Assembly (NCBI RefSeq): GCF_000011805.1
Contig: NC_006840.2
Origin: Aliivibrio fischeri ES114
GTDB taxonomy: Bacteria; Pseudomonadota; Gammaproteobacteria; Enterobacterales; Vibrionaceae
Reading direction: 5' to 3' (one strand)
Length of the DNA: 32,000 nt
Shown: in pieces, positions 7,586 through 16,281 of the stretch
How the letters are laid out: each line of letters starts with the position of its first letter
Position numbering within the stretch: position 1 is the first letter of the stretch
Position numbers and translations under genes: made by a program
Notes under the pieces: model-generated
Databases searched by the model: none
What the model saw: the letters and a program-made list of their open reading frames with translations, nothing else
Told to the model about the DNA's origin: nothing

Positions 7586-8356
7586 TTATTTGTTCAAAAA
7601 AAGATTTTTGAAATTAGTGGTGGTAGTTTGTGCTACTTCTTCGACACTTTTCCCTTTAAGTAAAGCAATATAAGCAGCGACTTCTTTAACGTAAGCCGGT
7701 TGATTTTCTTTGCCTCGAAATGGTACAGGTGCTAAATAAGGAGAATCCGTTTCTACCAATAAGCGTTCAAGAGGAAGACGACGAACCACATCCTTCAACT
7801 CAGATGCTTTATTAAAAGTCACAATTCCAGAAATTGAAATGTAAAAACCAAGTTCCATTGCAGCTTCTGCAAATGCCCAATCTTCTGTAAAGCAATGAAT
7901 TACTCCACCACATTTATCTGCTTTACCATTTTTTAGGATGGCTAGAGTATCTTCTCTTGCTTGTCTGGTATGAATAATTAAAGGCTTATTATACTCAACA
8001 GCAACCTCAACTTGTTGCTCAAATAGCTCTCTCTGACGCGGCGCACTTTCTGGTTGATAAAAATAATCTAACCCCGTTTCACCAATGGCTACCACACGTT
8101 CATGTGCTGCATATTGACGAAAAAGTGATAAATCAAATGCAGAATCCACATCCAATGGATGAATACCACAAGATGCATGAACTTCTGGGTGTTCTGCTAT
8201 CATGTTCATCATATTTGGAAAAGCATCTAAGGTAACACCTACAGTTAAAAACTGCTCAACTCCTTGTTTCTTCGCTTTATCAAGTACATCAGCAACATTT
8301 ACATGTAAGTCATCATAATTTAATTTATCTAAATGACAGTGTGAATCAATTAACAC
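7586..8356 (-). CDS. ycfH: TatD-family metal-dependent hydrolase YcfH, 256 aa
   Basis: (GTG)LIDSHCHLDKL...GETGLDYFY...PLIIHTR...GGVIHCFTED...LVETDSPYLAPVPFRGKENQPAYV aligns along its length with remembered E. coli YcfH. GTG start 8356 overlaps the holB 3' end by 11 nt. Confidence 0.93.
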   Translation of the reverse strand: MLIDSHCHLDKLNYDDLHVNVADVLDKAKKQGVEQFLTVGVTLDAFPNMMNMIAEHPEVHASCGIHPLDVDSAFDLSLFRQYAAHERVVAIGETGLDYFYQPESAPRQRELFEQQVEVAVEYNKPLIIHTRQAREDTLAILKNGKADKCGGVIHCFTEDWAFAEAAMELGFYISISGIVTFNKASELKDVVRRLPLERLLVETDSPYLAPVPFRGKENQPAYVKEVAAYIALLKGKSVEEVAQTTTTNFKNLFLNK

Positions 8357-9331
8357 TCAACTCTCCAGTAAACTCAAACATCCATTGAGTTAGTAGTAAT
8401 TCTTTATTTAAACCAGGGAAACTATCCAATTGCTCTTGTAACGAATTCAGTGCAATGTATTGCTTATAGACCACATTACTCGATAATATTTTCGCTAAGC
8501 TTTCTATGAGCTTTATTTCGTCACAATGAACCCAAGGCTGCATTACTCCCATCTGTCTCTTCTGAATATCAGCAAGTAAGTAACTTAGCCAAGTTAAGCC
8601 TTCACTTTCAAGTTTTAGAACAGTTTTAACTACATCAGCAGTCTGGCAAAAATCACTTTTCACACAGGATTCAAAGTCTGAAAGTAGCTGTTTATGTAAT
8701 GCTTGTTTCTTATCTTGATAAAAGCTTTTCACTGCTAATGGGAGTGAATCATTCAAAGCAATAGACTGCATTGATACTGAAAGGTTTTCAGTTTCTTTAA
8801 GCCAGATTGTAATAGATTCAGCATCAATTTTCGATTGATGCCATACCTGACAACGACTACGTATTGTTGGTAATAACTGATGAGGTGAATCGGCCAACAA
8901 TACAAATTGACAATTTTTCGGTGGTGCCTCTAATGTCTTAAGTAATGCATTAGCTGCAGATTCTGTCATTTTTTCTGCAGGATCAATGATGATCACACGC
9001 TTAGCGTTGAATTGTGAGGACTCTAAAGCCCATGAATTACATTGGCGTATTTGTTCCACTGAAATAGATTTACCTTCAGTTTCTGGTTTTATCCAATGCA
9101 GATCAGGATGCGTTCGTGATTTAATTAACTCGCACACTATGACAAAAACCACAAGGTTCAATACCTTGGCGTTAAACACAATAGCGTATCAGCAAAATAC
9201 TGAACTAACGCTTCTCGTCCTGCCCCTACAGGCATAGCACACAATATGGCATGAGGAAGCCGATCTGCCTGAATCAACTGCTGCCATTGTTGCCACAAAT
9301 TTTCCTGCCATGGATAAAGTTTAGTTGCCAT
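8346..9331 (-). pseudogene. holB: DNA polymerase III delta-prime subunit, reading frame broken by two 1-nt insertions
   Basis: ATG 9331 overlaps the tmk stop by 11 nt. It gives [57 protein letters not shown], then TGA 9160-9158. The next conserved piece, GIEPCGFCHS, is in the +1 frame and stops at TAA 9123-9121. The rest, CELIKSRTHPDLHWIKPE...AANALLKTLEAPP...TIRSRCQ..., is in the +2 frame (the ORF-track 8346..9179). The span is 986 nt; minus 2 nt it is 984 nt, or 328 codons. E. coli HolB is 334 aa. Confidence 0.9.
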
Positions 9332-9953
9332 TCTTAACTAGCCAAGCTTCTAAAGCGGTAATAATTGAATTTGTCACGGTTTCTAAATCTTGCCCTGCAT
9401 CAATAGTAATAATACTTTCATCACTATTTGCAAATTCTAAATAACGTTCACGACTTCTCTCAAAAAAATCTAACTTCATTTGTTCAATTCTATCAAGCTC
9501 ACCGCGAGCAGATGCTCTCTGCAAACCTAGTTTAGGGTCAATATCCATGTAAATAGTTAAATCAGGCTTAAAGTCACCTAATACTGTATTTCTCATGGTC
9601 ATCATTAACTCACGATCAAATCCACGGCCACCACCTTGGTATGCTTGTGAAGATAAATCATGACGATCACCAACAACCCATTCACCTCTTGCAAGAGCAG
9701 GCTTAATCACGTTACCTACTAACTGAGCACGTGCAGCATAAAGAAGAAGCAATTCTGCCATATCCGTTAGTGGCTCATCAGGATGACCTTGTTTAACCAG
9801 TTCACGCATTTTCTCAGCAAGAGGGGTTCCTCCTGGCTCACGCGTTGTAACTGGTGACGTAATACCGTGTTTTGCCAATGTAGCTAGTACGTTCTTAATT
9901 GCTGTACTTTTGCCTGCGCCTTCTAGGCCTTCGATTACAATAAATTTAGACAT
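9321..9953 (-). CDS. tmk: Thymidylate kinase, 210 aa
   Basis: [17 protein letters not shown] (P-loop)...[16 protein letters not shown]... matches remembered E. coli Tmk (213 aa). It sits in the conserved mltG-tmk-holB order. Confidence 0.96.
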   Translation of the reverse strand: MSKFIVIEGLEGAGKSTAIKNVLATLAKHGITSPVTTREPGGTPLAEKMRELVKQGHPDEPLTDMAELLLLYAARAQLVGNVIKPALARGEWVVGDRHDLSSQAYQGGGRGFDRELMMTMRNTVLGDFKPDLTIYMDIDPKLGLQRASARGELDRIEQMKLDFFERSRERYLEFANSDESIITIDAGQDLETVTNSIITALEAWLVKNGN

Positions 9954-9955
9954 GA

Positions 9956-10861
9956 TTAATTTCTTAAAGTTCTTAAGTAAGCTCTAACCGCTTTGTTATG
10001 CTCAACTAATGATTTAGTGAATTTATGACCGCCAGTACCATCAGCGACAAAATATAAGTATCGGCTTGTTTCAGGATGAAGAGCTGCTTTTATTGAAGCA
10101 GGACCGGCCATAGCAATAGGCGTTGGCGGTAATCCATTAATTGTATAAGTATTATAAGCCGTAGGTGTTCGTAGATCTTTCTTACGAATATTACCGTCGT
10201 ATTTGTCACCCATACCATAAATAACCGTAGGGTCTGTTTGTAGACGCATACCACGCTTTAAGCGGTTAACAAACACAGATGAAACTCGCTCTCTCTCAGA
10301 GTCAATTGCCGTCTCTTTTTCGATAATAGACGCTAGAATTAATGCTTCATAAGAAGATTTTAACGGTAAATTAGCTGACTTTGTTTTCCATTCCGCATCT
10401 AATAATGTTGTTAATGCTTTATGAGAACGCTCTAAAATATCAAAATCACTCATACCTGCGGTGTAATGGTATGTTTCAGCTAAAAATAAGCCTTCCAATT
10501 TAGTTCGTTCAATACCCAACTTGTTCGCAATTTCTTTTTCTGACATTCCCTCAAGCTCATGCTCCAGATAAGGAGCTTGTTCCAGCTGTTGTTGCCATTC
10601 AGAAAAACGACTTCCTTCTACAAAAGTAATTGAGAATTGATGTTCTTTACCTGTTTTTAGCTGAGTTAACACATCTGCAAGTGTTTGGTTTGGTTCAACC
10701 CAATAAGTACCGGCTTTAATATTTATTAGCTGAGGCGATACTTTATGAGTAAACCGTGCCCATTTAGCATCAGATATCCATTTATTTTCTTCAAGTTGAC
10801 GGATGAGTTTTCGATAACTTGTCCCTGGTTTTACTTCAACAAGTTGAGCGTTCTCTAGCAT
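9956..10861 (-). CDS. mltG: Endolytic murein transglycosylase MltG (YceG), catalytic part only; N-terminal anchor lies in another frame
   Basis: ...ASIIEKETA...[21 protein letters not shown]...[22 protein letters not shown]...[15 protein letters not shown] is near-identical to E. coli MltG. The ORF starts at ATG 10861 ([15 protein letters not shown]), which corresponds to about residue 34 of E. coli MltG. An upstream fragment (GTG 10926/TTG 10923 to TGA 10863-10861) encodes LKKLIIIILYRVIGSIESLD in a different frame. Confidence 0.9.
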   Translation of the reverse strand: MLENAQLVEVKPGTSYRKLIRQLEENKWISDAKWARFTHKVSPQLINIKAGTYWVEPNQTLADVLTQLKTGKEHQFSITFVEGSRFSEWQQQLEQAPYLEHELEGMSEKEIANKLGIERTKLEGLFLAETYHYTAGMSDFDILERSHKALTTLLDAEWKTKSANLPLKSSYEALILASIIEKETAIDSERERVSSVFVNRLKRGMRLQTDPTVIYGMGDKYDGNIRKKDLRTPTAYNTYTINGLPPTPIAMAGPASIKAALHPETSRYLYFVADGTGGHKFTKSLVEHNKAVRAYLRTLRN

Positions 10862-10919
10862 CAGTCTAATGACTCAATCGACCCGATCACACGATATAAA
10901 ATAATGATAATTAGTTTTT

Positions 10920-11726
10920 TCAACACGAGTACAGTTTCTCCTGAAACCAATGAGTTAATGTATGTTTGGTAAAATGAATTTCTTTGATCTTATTTATCGG
11001 TACGACTTCAAATAAGGAGTTAGTGATAAAAACTTCATCTGCATTTGCAAGCGTATCAATATTACAATGTACTGATTCTATGTCGATATAATGACTCTTA
11101 GCAATTTCACTAATGTGCGTCTTCATCACCCCTTCAACACCAGCTAATGATAAATTAGGGGTAAATATTCTATCACCCTTAACCCAAAAAATGTTTCCTA
11201 TCGACGTCTCAACGATGTTGTTATTAATATCGAGAACAATGACATCTAAGTAATCTGTTTTCTTCACTGATTGCTTTATTAGTACTTGCTCTAGGCGGTT
11301 TAGATGCTTCATTCCAGCTAAAAGTGGATTGAGTCCTAGATGAATATCGGATATCCCTAAATCTATGCCTTTTTGTTGCCATTCTTGATATTCGACAGGC
11401 AGTGTAAAAGTCGACACAATCACTTGCGTGTTTGTACATCCTTCAGGAGAGTAACCTCGCCCACCACTTCCTCTTGTTATTAAGATTTTAATGCCACCAT
11501 TCATTACTTTAGAAGCAAGTCCAATCATTTGCTCTTCAAGTACACACCAATCTGGCTCCGTTATACCTAAACGTTCTGCTGAGGTTTTAAGTCGAGTTAA
11601 GTGCAATTTCCACAAACAAATCTTCTTATTTAATACCTTCATGGTAGTAAAAAAACCATCACCATACTGAGTTGCTCGATCACTGATTGGAAGTGATTCA
11701 GATTCCATTCCATTAACCCAAAACAT
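10920..11726 (-). CDS. pabC: Aminodeoxychorismate lyase, 268 aa
   Basis: MFWVNGMESESLPISDRATQYGDGFFTT...ITRGSGGRGYSP...LAGMKHLNRLEQVL aligns with remembered E. coli PabC (269 aa; MFLINGHKQESLAVSDRATQFGDGCFTT...). An AGGAG SD lies upstream. Confidence 0.93.
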   Translation of the reverse strand: MFWVNGMESESLPISDRATQYGDGFFTTMKVLNKKICLWKLHLTRLKTSAERLGITEPDWCVLEEQMIGLASKVMNGGIKILITRGSGGRGYSPEGCTNTQVIVSTFTLPVEYQEWQQKGIDLGISDIHLGLNPLLAGMKHLNRLEQVLIKQSVKKTDYLDVIVLDINNNIVETSIGNIFWVKGDRIFTPNLSLAGVEGVMKTHISEIAKSHYIDIESVHCNIDTLANADEVFITNSLFEVVPINKIKEIHFTKHTLTHWFQEKLYSC

Positions 11727-11755
11727 GACAACTCCTAACCAACAGACTAATAAAT

Positions 11756-11787
11756 AAAAAGGCGGTTTGATATAATATCAAACCGCC
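11756..11787 (-). terminator. Terminator/attenuator after fabF
   Basis: ggcggtttgatat-a-atatcaaaccgcc (13-bp arms). On the minus strand it is followed by TTTTTATTT. Only about 30 nt separate it from the pabC start, so partial read-through is likely. Confidence 0.75.
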
Positions 11788-11838
11788 TTTAAAGTGTAAC
11801 TGACTCTTGGAAACTAGTTAAGCTTCACAAACAAGTTA

Positions 11839-13083
11839 TTACATTTTCTTGAAGATTAGTGAACCGTTTGTACCACCAAAACCGAATGAGTTACAGATTG
11901 CGTATTCCATATCTGTTACTTTACGAGCTGTGTGTGGAACAAGGTCAATATCTAAACCTTCTTCAGGATCATCAAGGTTGATTGTTGGTGGAACGATTTG
12001 ATCAACCAAAGACATCGCTGTGATGATTGCTTCAACAGAACCTGCAGCACCTAAAAGGTGACCAGTCATTGATTTTGTTGAAGATACTAAAACTTGCTTA
12101 GAGCCAGCTTCACCAAGAGCACGTTTAATGCCTTTAATTTCAGCTACATCACCAGCAGGAGTAGACGTACCGTGTGCATTTACGTAACCGATTTGTTCAC
12201 CAGTTACGCCAGCATCACGCATCGCAGCTTCCATCGCTAACGCACCACCAGAACCATCTGGCGTTGGCGAAGTCATATGGTAAGCATCACCACTCATACC
12301 AAAACCTACAAGTTCACAGTAGATCTTAGCACCACGAGCTTTAGCGTGTTCATATTCTTCAAGAACCATCATGCCAGCACCATCACCTAGAACAAAACCA
12401 TCACGGTTTTTGTCCCAAGGACGAGATGCGCCTTGAGGGTTTTCATTATTTGTAGATAGTGCTTTTGCTGCACCAAAACCACCCATACCTAGCTCTGTAG
12501 ATGCTTTCTCAGCACCACCAGCTAGCATTGCATCAGCATCACCATAAGCGATCATACGTGCAGCATGACCAATATTATGAAGACCTGTAGTACAAGCAGT
12601 TGAAATTGCGATATTTGGACCACGTAAACCACGAATAATCGACATATGACCTGCGATCATATTAACGATTGTAGAAGGCACGAAAAACGGGCTGATCTTA
12701 CGAGGACCTTTTTCACTGAATGCTTTGTAGCCAGCTTCAATTAAGCCAAGGCCACCAATACCTGAACCAATTGCTGCACCGATACGGTGAGCATTTTCTT
12801 CAGTAACTTTAAAACCCGAGTCATCTAATGCCTGAATGCCAGCAGCTACGCCGTATTGGATAAATAAATCCATCTTACGAGCGTCTTTCTTAGACATGTA
12901 CTCTTCAGCATTAAAGTCTTGAACTAGACCTGCAAAACGAGTAGTAAACTCAGTGGTGTCAAAGTGTTCGATATTAACGATACCGCTTTGGCCTGCTAAC
13001 AGCGCTTTCCAAGATGCTTCAACAGTGTTACCCACCGGTGTTAGCATACCCATGCCTGTAACAACTACACGACGTTTGGACAC
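11839..13083 (-). CDS. fabF: 3-oxoacyl-ACP synthase II, 414 aa
   Basis: [19 protein letters not shown]...ISTACTTG (active-site Cys)...[11 protein letters not shown]...[16 protein letters not shown]. This is the classic KAS II sequence in the conserved position after acpP. Confidence 0.97.
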   Translation of the reverse strand: MSKRRVVVTGMGMLTPVGNTVEASWKALLAGQSGIVNIEHFDTTEFTTRFAGLVQDFNAEEYMSKKDARKMDLFIQYGVAAGIQALDDSGFKVTEENAHRIGAAIGSGIGGLGLIEAGYKAFSEKGPRKISPFFVPSTIVNMIAGHMSIIRGLRGPNIAISTACTTGLHNIGHAARMIAYGDADAMLAGGAEKASTELGMGGFGAAKALSTNNENPQGASRPWDKNRDGFVLGDGAGMMVLEEYEHAKARGAKIYCELVGFGMSGDAYHMTSPTPDGSGGALAMEAAMRDAGVTGEQIGYVNAHGTSTPAGDVAEIKGIKRALGEAGSKQVLVSSTKSMTGHLLGAAGSVEAIITAMSLVDQIVPPTINLDDPEEGLDIDLVPHTARKVTDMEYAICNSFGFGGTNGSLIFKKM

Positions 13084-13133
13084 GATATATTTCTCCGGAA
13101 TTAATTGAAATTAGATAGGGATTTGTTGCGTAT

Positions 13134-13163
13134 AAAAACTCAGGCGGTCAAGATGACCGCCTG
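13134..13163 (-). terminator. Hairpin/partial terminator after acpP
   Basis: caggcggtca-aga-tgaccgcctg (10-bp perfect stem). On the minus strand it is followed by AGTTTTTAT. Confidence 0.7.
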
Positions 13164-13174
13164 GAGGGTATTTC

Positions 13175-13408
13175 TTACTGTGCGCTAGTTACGTAGTCGA
13201 TAGCAGCTTGAACAGTAGTGATCTTCTCAGCTTCTTCATCTGGAATCTCAGTATCAAACTCTTCTTCTAGAGCCATTACTAGCTCAACTGTGTCTAGTGA
13301 GTCTGCACCTAGGTCATCAACAAATGATGCTTCGTTTTTAACTTCAGCTTCATCCACACCTAGTTGTTCAACGATGATTTTCTTTACGCGTTCTTCAAGA
13401 TTACTCAT
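13175..13408 (-). CDS. acpP: Acyl carrier protein, 77 aa
   Basis: [73 protein letters not shown]. It carries the DSLD phosphopantetheine site and is near-identical to E. coli AcpP. Confidence 0.98.
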   Translation of the reverse strand: MSNLEERVKKIIVEQLGVDEAEVKNEASFVDDLGADSLDTVELVMALEEEFDTEIPDEEAEKITTVQAAIDYVTSAQ

Positions 13409-13577
13409 TTTTTATTTTCCTAATTACAGATTCGCTGATTTGCGATACTTGCTGTATTTTATTCATTAATAAGAAAGTTGCAAGGCCAACATTGCTGGTC
13501 AAACCACGATTTTCGTGATTTTTAGTGCAATTTTGACTCAGAATTGACCTAAGTCACCCTTAAATCAATTCTATGAA

Positions 13578-14315
13578 TTAAACCATGTACATGCCGCCAT
13601 TTACGTGCAGTGTTTCGCCCGTAATGTATGCCGCTTCCGGAGAGGCCAAAAATACCACCGCTGATGCGATTTCTTTTGGATCACCTAGACGTCCAGCTGG
13701 TACCGCTGATAGTGTTGCAGCTCGTTGGTCATCATTCAAGGCTTTTGTCATATCTGTTTCAATAAAACCTGGTGCAACAGTATTTACTGTTACGCCACGT
13801 GAAGCAACTTCACGAGCCATAGACTTAGTAAAACCAATTACGCCTGCTTTTGCAGCTGCATAGTTAGTTTGACCAGCGTTACCCATTGTACCAACAACAG
13901 AACCAACGTTAATGATACGACCGTTACGCTTCTTCATCATGCCACGAAGAACCGCTTTTGATAAACGGAAAATAGACGTTAAGTTAGTATCCATGATATC
14001 TGTCCACTCATCGTCTTTCATACGCATAAGTAGGTTATCACGAGTAATACCCGCATTATTTACCAAGATATCAATCGCACCAAACTCATCGTTAATGCTT
14101 TTTAGTACAGACTCAATCGACTCTACATCAGTTACATTTAAAGCAAGACCTTTACCGTTCTCACCTAGGTATTCACTGATTGCTGCAGCGCCACCTTCAG
14201 ACGTCGCTGTACCAATCACTGTTGCGCCACGAGATACAAGTAGTTCAGCGATTGAACGACCGATACCACGGCTTGCACCAGTAACTAAGGCAATTTTGCC
14301 CTCTAGATTCATCAT
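13578..14315 (-). CDS. fabG: 3-oxoacyl-ACP reductase, 244-245 aa
   Basis: M(M)NLEGKIALVTGASRGIG...NNAG...YAAAKAG...HVNGGMYM matches E. coli FabG. There are two adjacent ATGs (14315, 14312). An AAGGGA SD is 7 nt from the first. Confidence 0.96.
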   Translation of the reverse strand: MMNLEGKIALVTGASRGIGRSIAELLVSRGATVIGTATSEGGAAAISEYLGENGKGLALNVTDVESIESVLKSINDEFGAIDILVNNAGITRDNLLMRMKDDEWTDIMDTNLTSIFRLSKAVLRGMMKKRNGRIINVGSVVGTMGNAGQTNYAAAKAGVIGFTKSMAREVASRGVTVNTVAPGFIETDMTKALNDDQRAATLSAVPAGRLGDPKEIASAVVFLASPEAAYITGETLHVNGGMYMV

Positions 14316-14331
14316 TTTATTTTCCCTTTAA

Positions 14332-15246
14332 TTACTTAGCAGCTTCAAGTGAAGCAGCATCATTTACCGCTGCTGCGCTAAGTGACTTAACGATGCGTTT
14401 CGTTAGACCAGTTAATACTTTACCTGGACCAACTTCGTATAACGTTTCAACGCCTTGTTCTGCCATTTTTTCAACAACTTCAGTCCAACGAACTGGGCCG
14501 TATAATTGACGAACTAGTGCATCTTTAATTTTTGCAGGATCAGTTTCTGCAATAACATCAACATTATTAATTACTGGTAATGTTGGTGTGTTGAATTCGA
14601 TATTTTCTAATGCAACAGCCAATTTATCTGCTGCTGGTTTCATTAGTGCACAGTGTGAAGGTACTGATACAGGTAAAGGAAGAGCACGTTTTGCACCCGC
14701 TTCTTTACATAATACGCCTGCACGTTCAACTGCATCTTTGTTACCAGCGATAACCACTTGGCCTGGAGAGTTAAAGTTTACAGGTGAAACTACTTCACCT
14801 TGTGCCGCTTCTTCACATGCTTTAGCAATTGATTCATTATCTAAACCAATAATTGCATACATTGCACCAACACCTGCAGGAACCGCTTCTTGCATTAATT
14901 GGCCACGCAATTCTACTAATTTAATTGCTTCTTTAAAGTCAATGACACCCGCACAAACAAGCGCTGAATATTCACCAAGGCTATGACCAGCTAATACTGA
15001 TGGTTGAGCCAAACCTTGTTCTTGCCATACACGCCATAATGCAACAGACGTTGCTAACAATGCAGGCTGCGTACGGAAAGTTTGATTTAAATCTTCTGCT
15101 GGTCCATTTTGAACTAAAGACCATAAGTCATAACCTAATGCGTCAGATGCTTCTGCAAATGTTTGAGTTACCACTTCGTGTTGCTCACCTAATTCAGCAA
15201 GCATGCCAACAGCTTGAGAGCCTTGGCCTGGGAAAAACGATAGCAA
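14332..15246 (-). CDS. fabD: Malonyl-CoA:ACP transacylase, 5' end frameshifted relative to the canonical ATG at 15256
   Basis: ...FPGQGSQAVGMLAELG...GHSLGEYSALV...VSVPSHCALMKPA...GPGKVLTGLTKRI is classic FabD. The track ORF begins at a TTG (15246) with no SD. The SD-preceded ATG at 15256 reads MSNFAIVFP (canonical Vibrio/E. coli-type N-terminus), then runs out of frame at the T5C3 run 15237-15230. Confidence 0.92.
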   Translation of the reverse strand: MLSFFPGQGSQAVGMLAELGEQHEVVTQTFAEASDALGYDLWSLVQNGPAEDLNQTFRTQPALLATSVALWRVWQEQGLAQPSVLAGHSLGEYSALVCAGVIDFKEAIKLVELRGQLMQEAVPAGVGAMYAIIGLDNESIAKACEEAAQGEVVSPVNFNSPGQVVIAGNKDAVERAGVLCKEAGAKRALPLPVSVPSHCALMKPAADKLAVALENIEFNTPTLPVINNVDVIAETDPAKIKDALVRQLYGPVRWTEVVEKMAEQGVETLYEVGPGKVLTGLTKRIVKSLSAAAVNDAASLEAAK

Positions 15247-15322
15247 AATTGCTCATGAATATTATTTCCTTTAAATAAGCTTATTTAAGAGGGTTAACCA
15301 CACATAGGATTAACCTCTAAAT

Positions 15323-16276
15323 TTAAAACTTAACCAGAGCCGAGCCCCAAGTAAACCCACCACCAAATGCTTCAAGTAGTAAAGTTTGACCTCGTTGAAT
15401 TCGGCCATCACGTACCGCTTCATCTAACGCTGTAGGAACAGTCGCAGCTGAAGTGTTACCGTGGCGGTCTAGAGTTACAACAACTTGATCCATCGACATT
15501 GATAGTTTCTTTGCTGTCGCTTTAATAATTCGTAAGTTAGCTTGATGAGGAACCAACCAATCAAGTTCAGATTTATCCATCTGATTTTCTTGAAGTGTTT
15601 CTTTTACCAAGTTAGAAAGTTGAGTTACTGCTACTTTAAATACTTCATTACCAGCCATATATAGCCACTTGTCTGCTTCTTCATTCTTACGAGAAGGAAC
15701 AGGTAATGAAAGTAATTCACCAAACTTACCATCAGCATGTAAATGTGTTGAGATAATGCCAGGTTCTTCACTTTGCCCTAAGACAACAGCGCCTGCACCA
15801 TCACCAAATAAAATGATAGTTGAGCGGTCTTCTGGATCACAAGTATGAGAAACAGCATCAGAACCAATAACAAGCACGTTCTTTGCCATGCCAGTTTTAA
15901 TGTGTTGGTCTGCAACGCTTAATGCATAAACAAAACCTGAACATGCTGCTGATAAATCAAATGCAGGACAGCCTTGAATACCTAATAAACCTTGAACTTC
16001 ACACGCTGCAGATGGAAATGAGTACGTAGGCGTACTTGTTGCCAAAATAATAAGATCAATATCGTTCTTATCAATACCAGCCATTTCAATTGCATTTACA
16101 GAAGCAAGGTGAGCCATTGTAGCTACCGATTCATCTTCACCAGCAATGCGACGTTCACTAATACCAGTTCGAGCTAAGATCCACTCATCACTAGTATCGA
16201 CCATTTTTTCTAAATCCGCATTTGAGCGAATTTGTGCTGGTAAATAGCTACCAGTACCTAAAATTTTGCTATACAT
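15323..16276 (-). CDS. fabH: 3-oxoacyl-ACP synthase III, 317 aa
   Basis: [33 protein letters not shown]...AACSGF (active-site Cys)...VPHQANLRI...GNTSAA...[13 protein letters not shown]. Same length as E. coli FabH. Confidence 0.97.
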   Translation of the reverse strand: MYSKILGTGSYLPAQIRSNADLEKMVDTSDEWILARTGISERRIAGEDESVATMAHLASVNAIEMAGIDKNDIDLIILATSTPTYSFPSAACEVQGLLGIQGCPAFDLSAACSGFVYALSVADQHIKTGMAKNVLVIGSDAVSHTCDPEDRSTIILFGDGAGAVVLGQSEEPGIISTHLHADGKFGELLSLPVPSRKNEEADKWLYMAGNEVFKVAVTQLSNLVKETLQENQMDKSELDWLVPHQANLRIIKATAKKLSMSMDQVVVTLDRHGNTSAATVPTALDEAVRDGRIQRGQTLLLEAFGGGFTWGSALVKF

Positions 16277-16281
16277 GAAGA

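Noticed and set aside
9121-9184. Programmed +1 frameshifting as the explanation for the two holB breaks
   Set aside because: The windows in which the shifts must occur (ACG CCA AGG TAT TGA, and CAT AGT GTG CGA) offer no tRNA re-pairing in the +1 frame. Two consecutive efficient recoding events would be unprecedented. Error or mutation is more parsimonious. This differs from the fabD CCC-AGG site, where re-pairing is possible.
8986-9237. 83-aa plus-strand ORF across the holB frameshift region
   Set aside because: It is antisense to clearly recognisable holB coding sequence in three frames. It has no SD or motif. It does not explain the frame breaks.
13585-15278. Several plus-strand ORFs (92-139 aa) over fabG and fabD
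   Set aside because: They are antisense to near-identical matches of FabG/FabD. The translations are Ser/Ala/Pro/Thr-rich low complexity, and no start signals are present.
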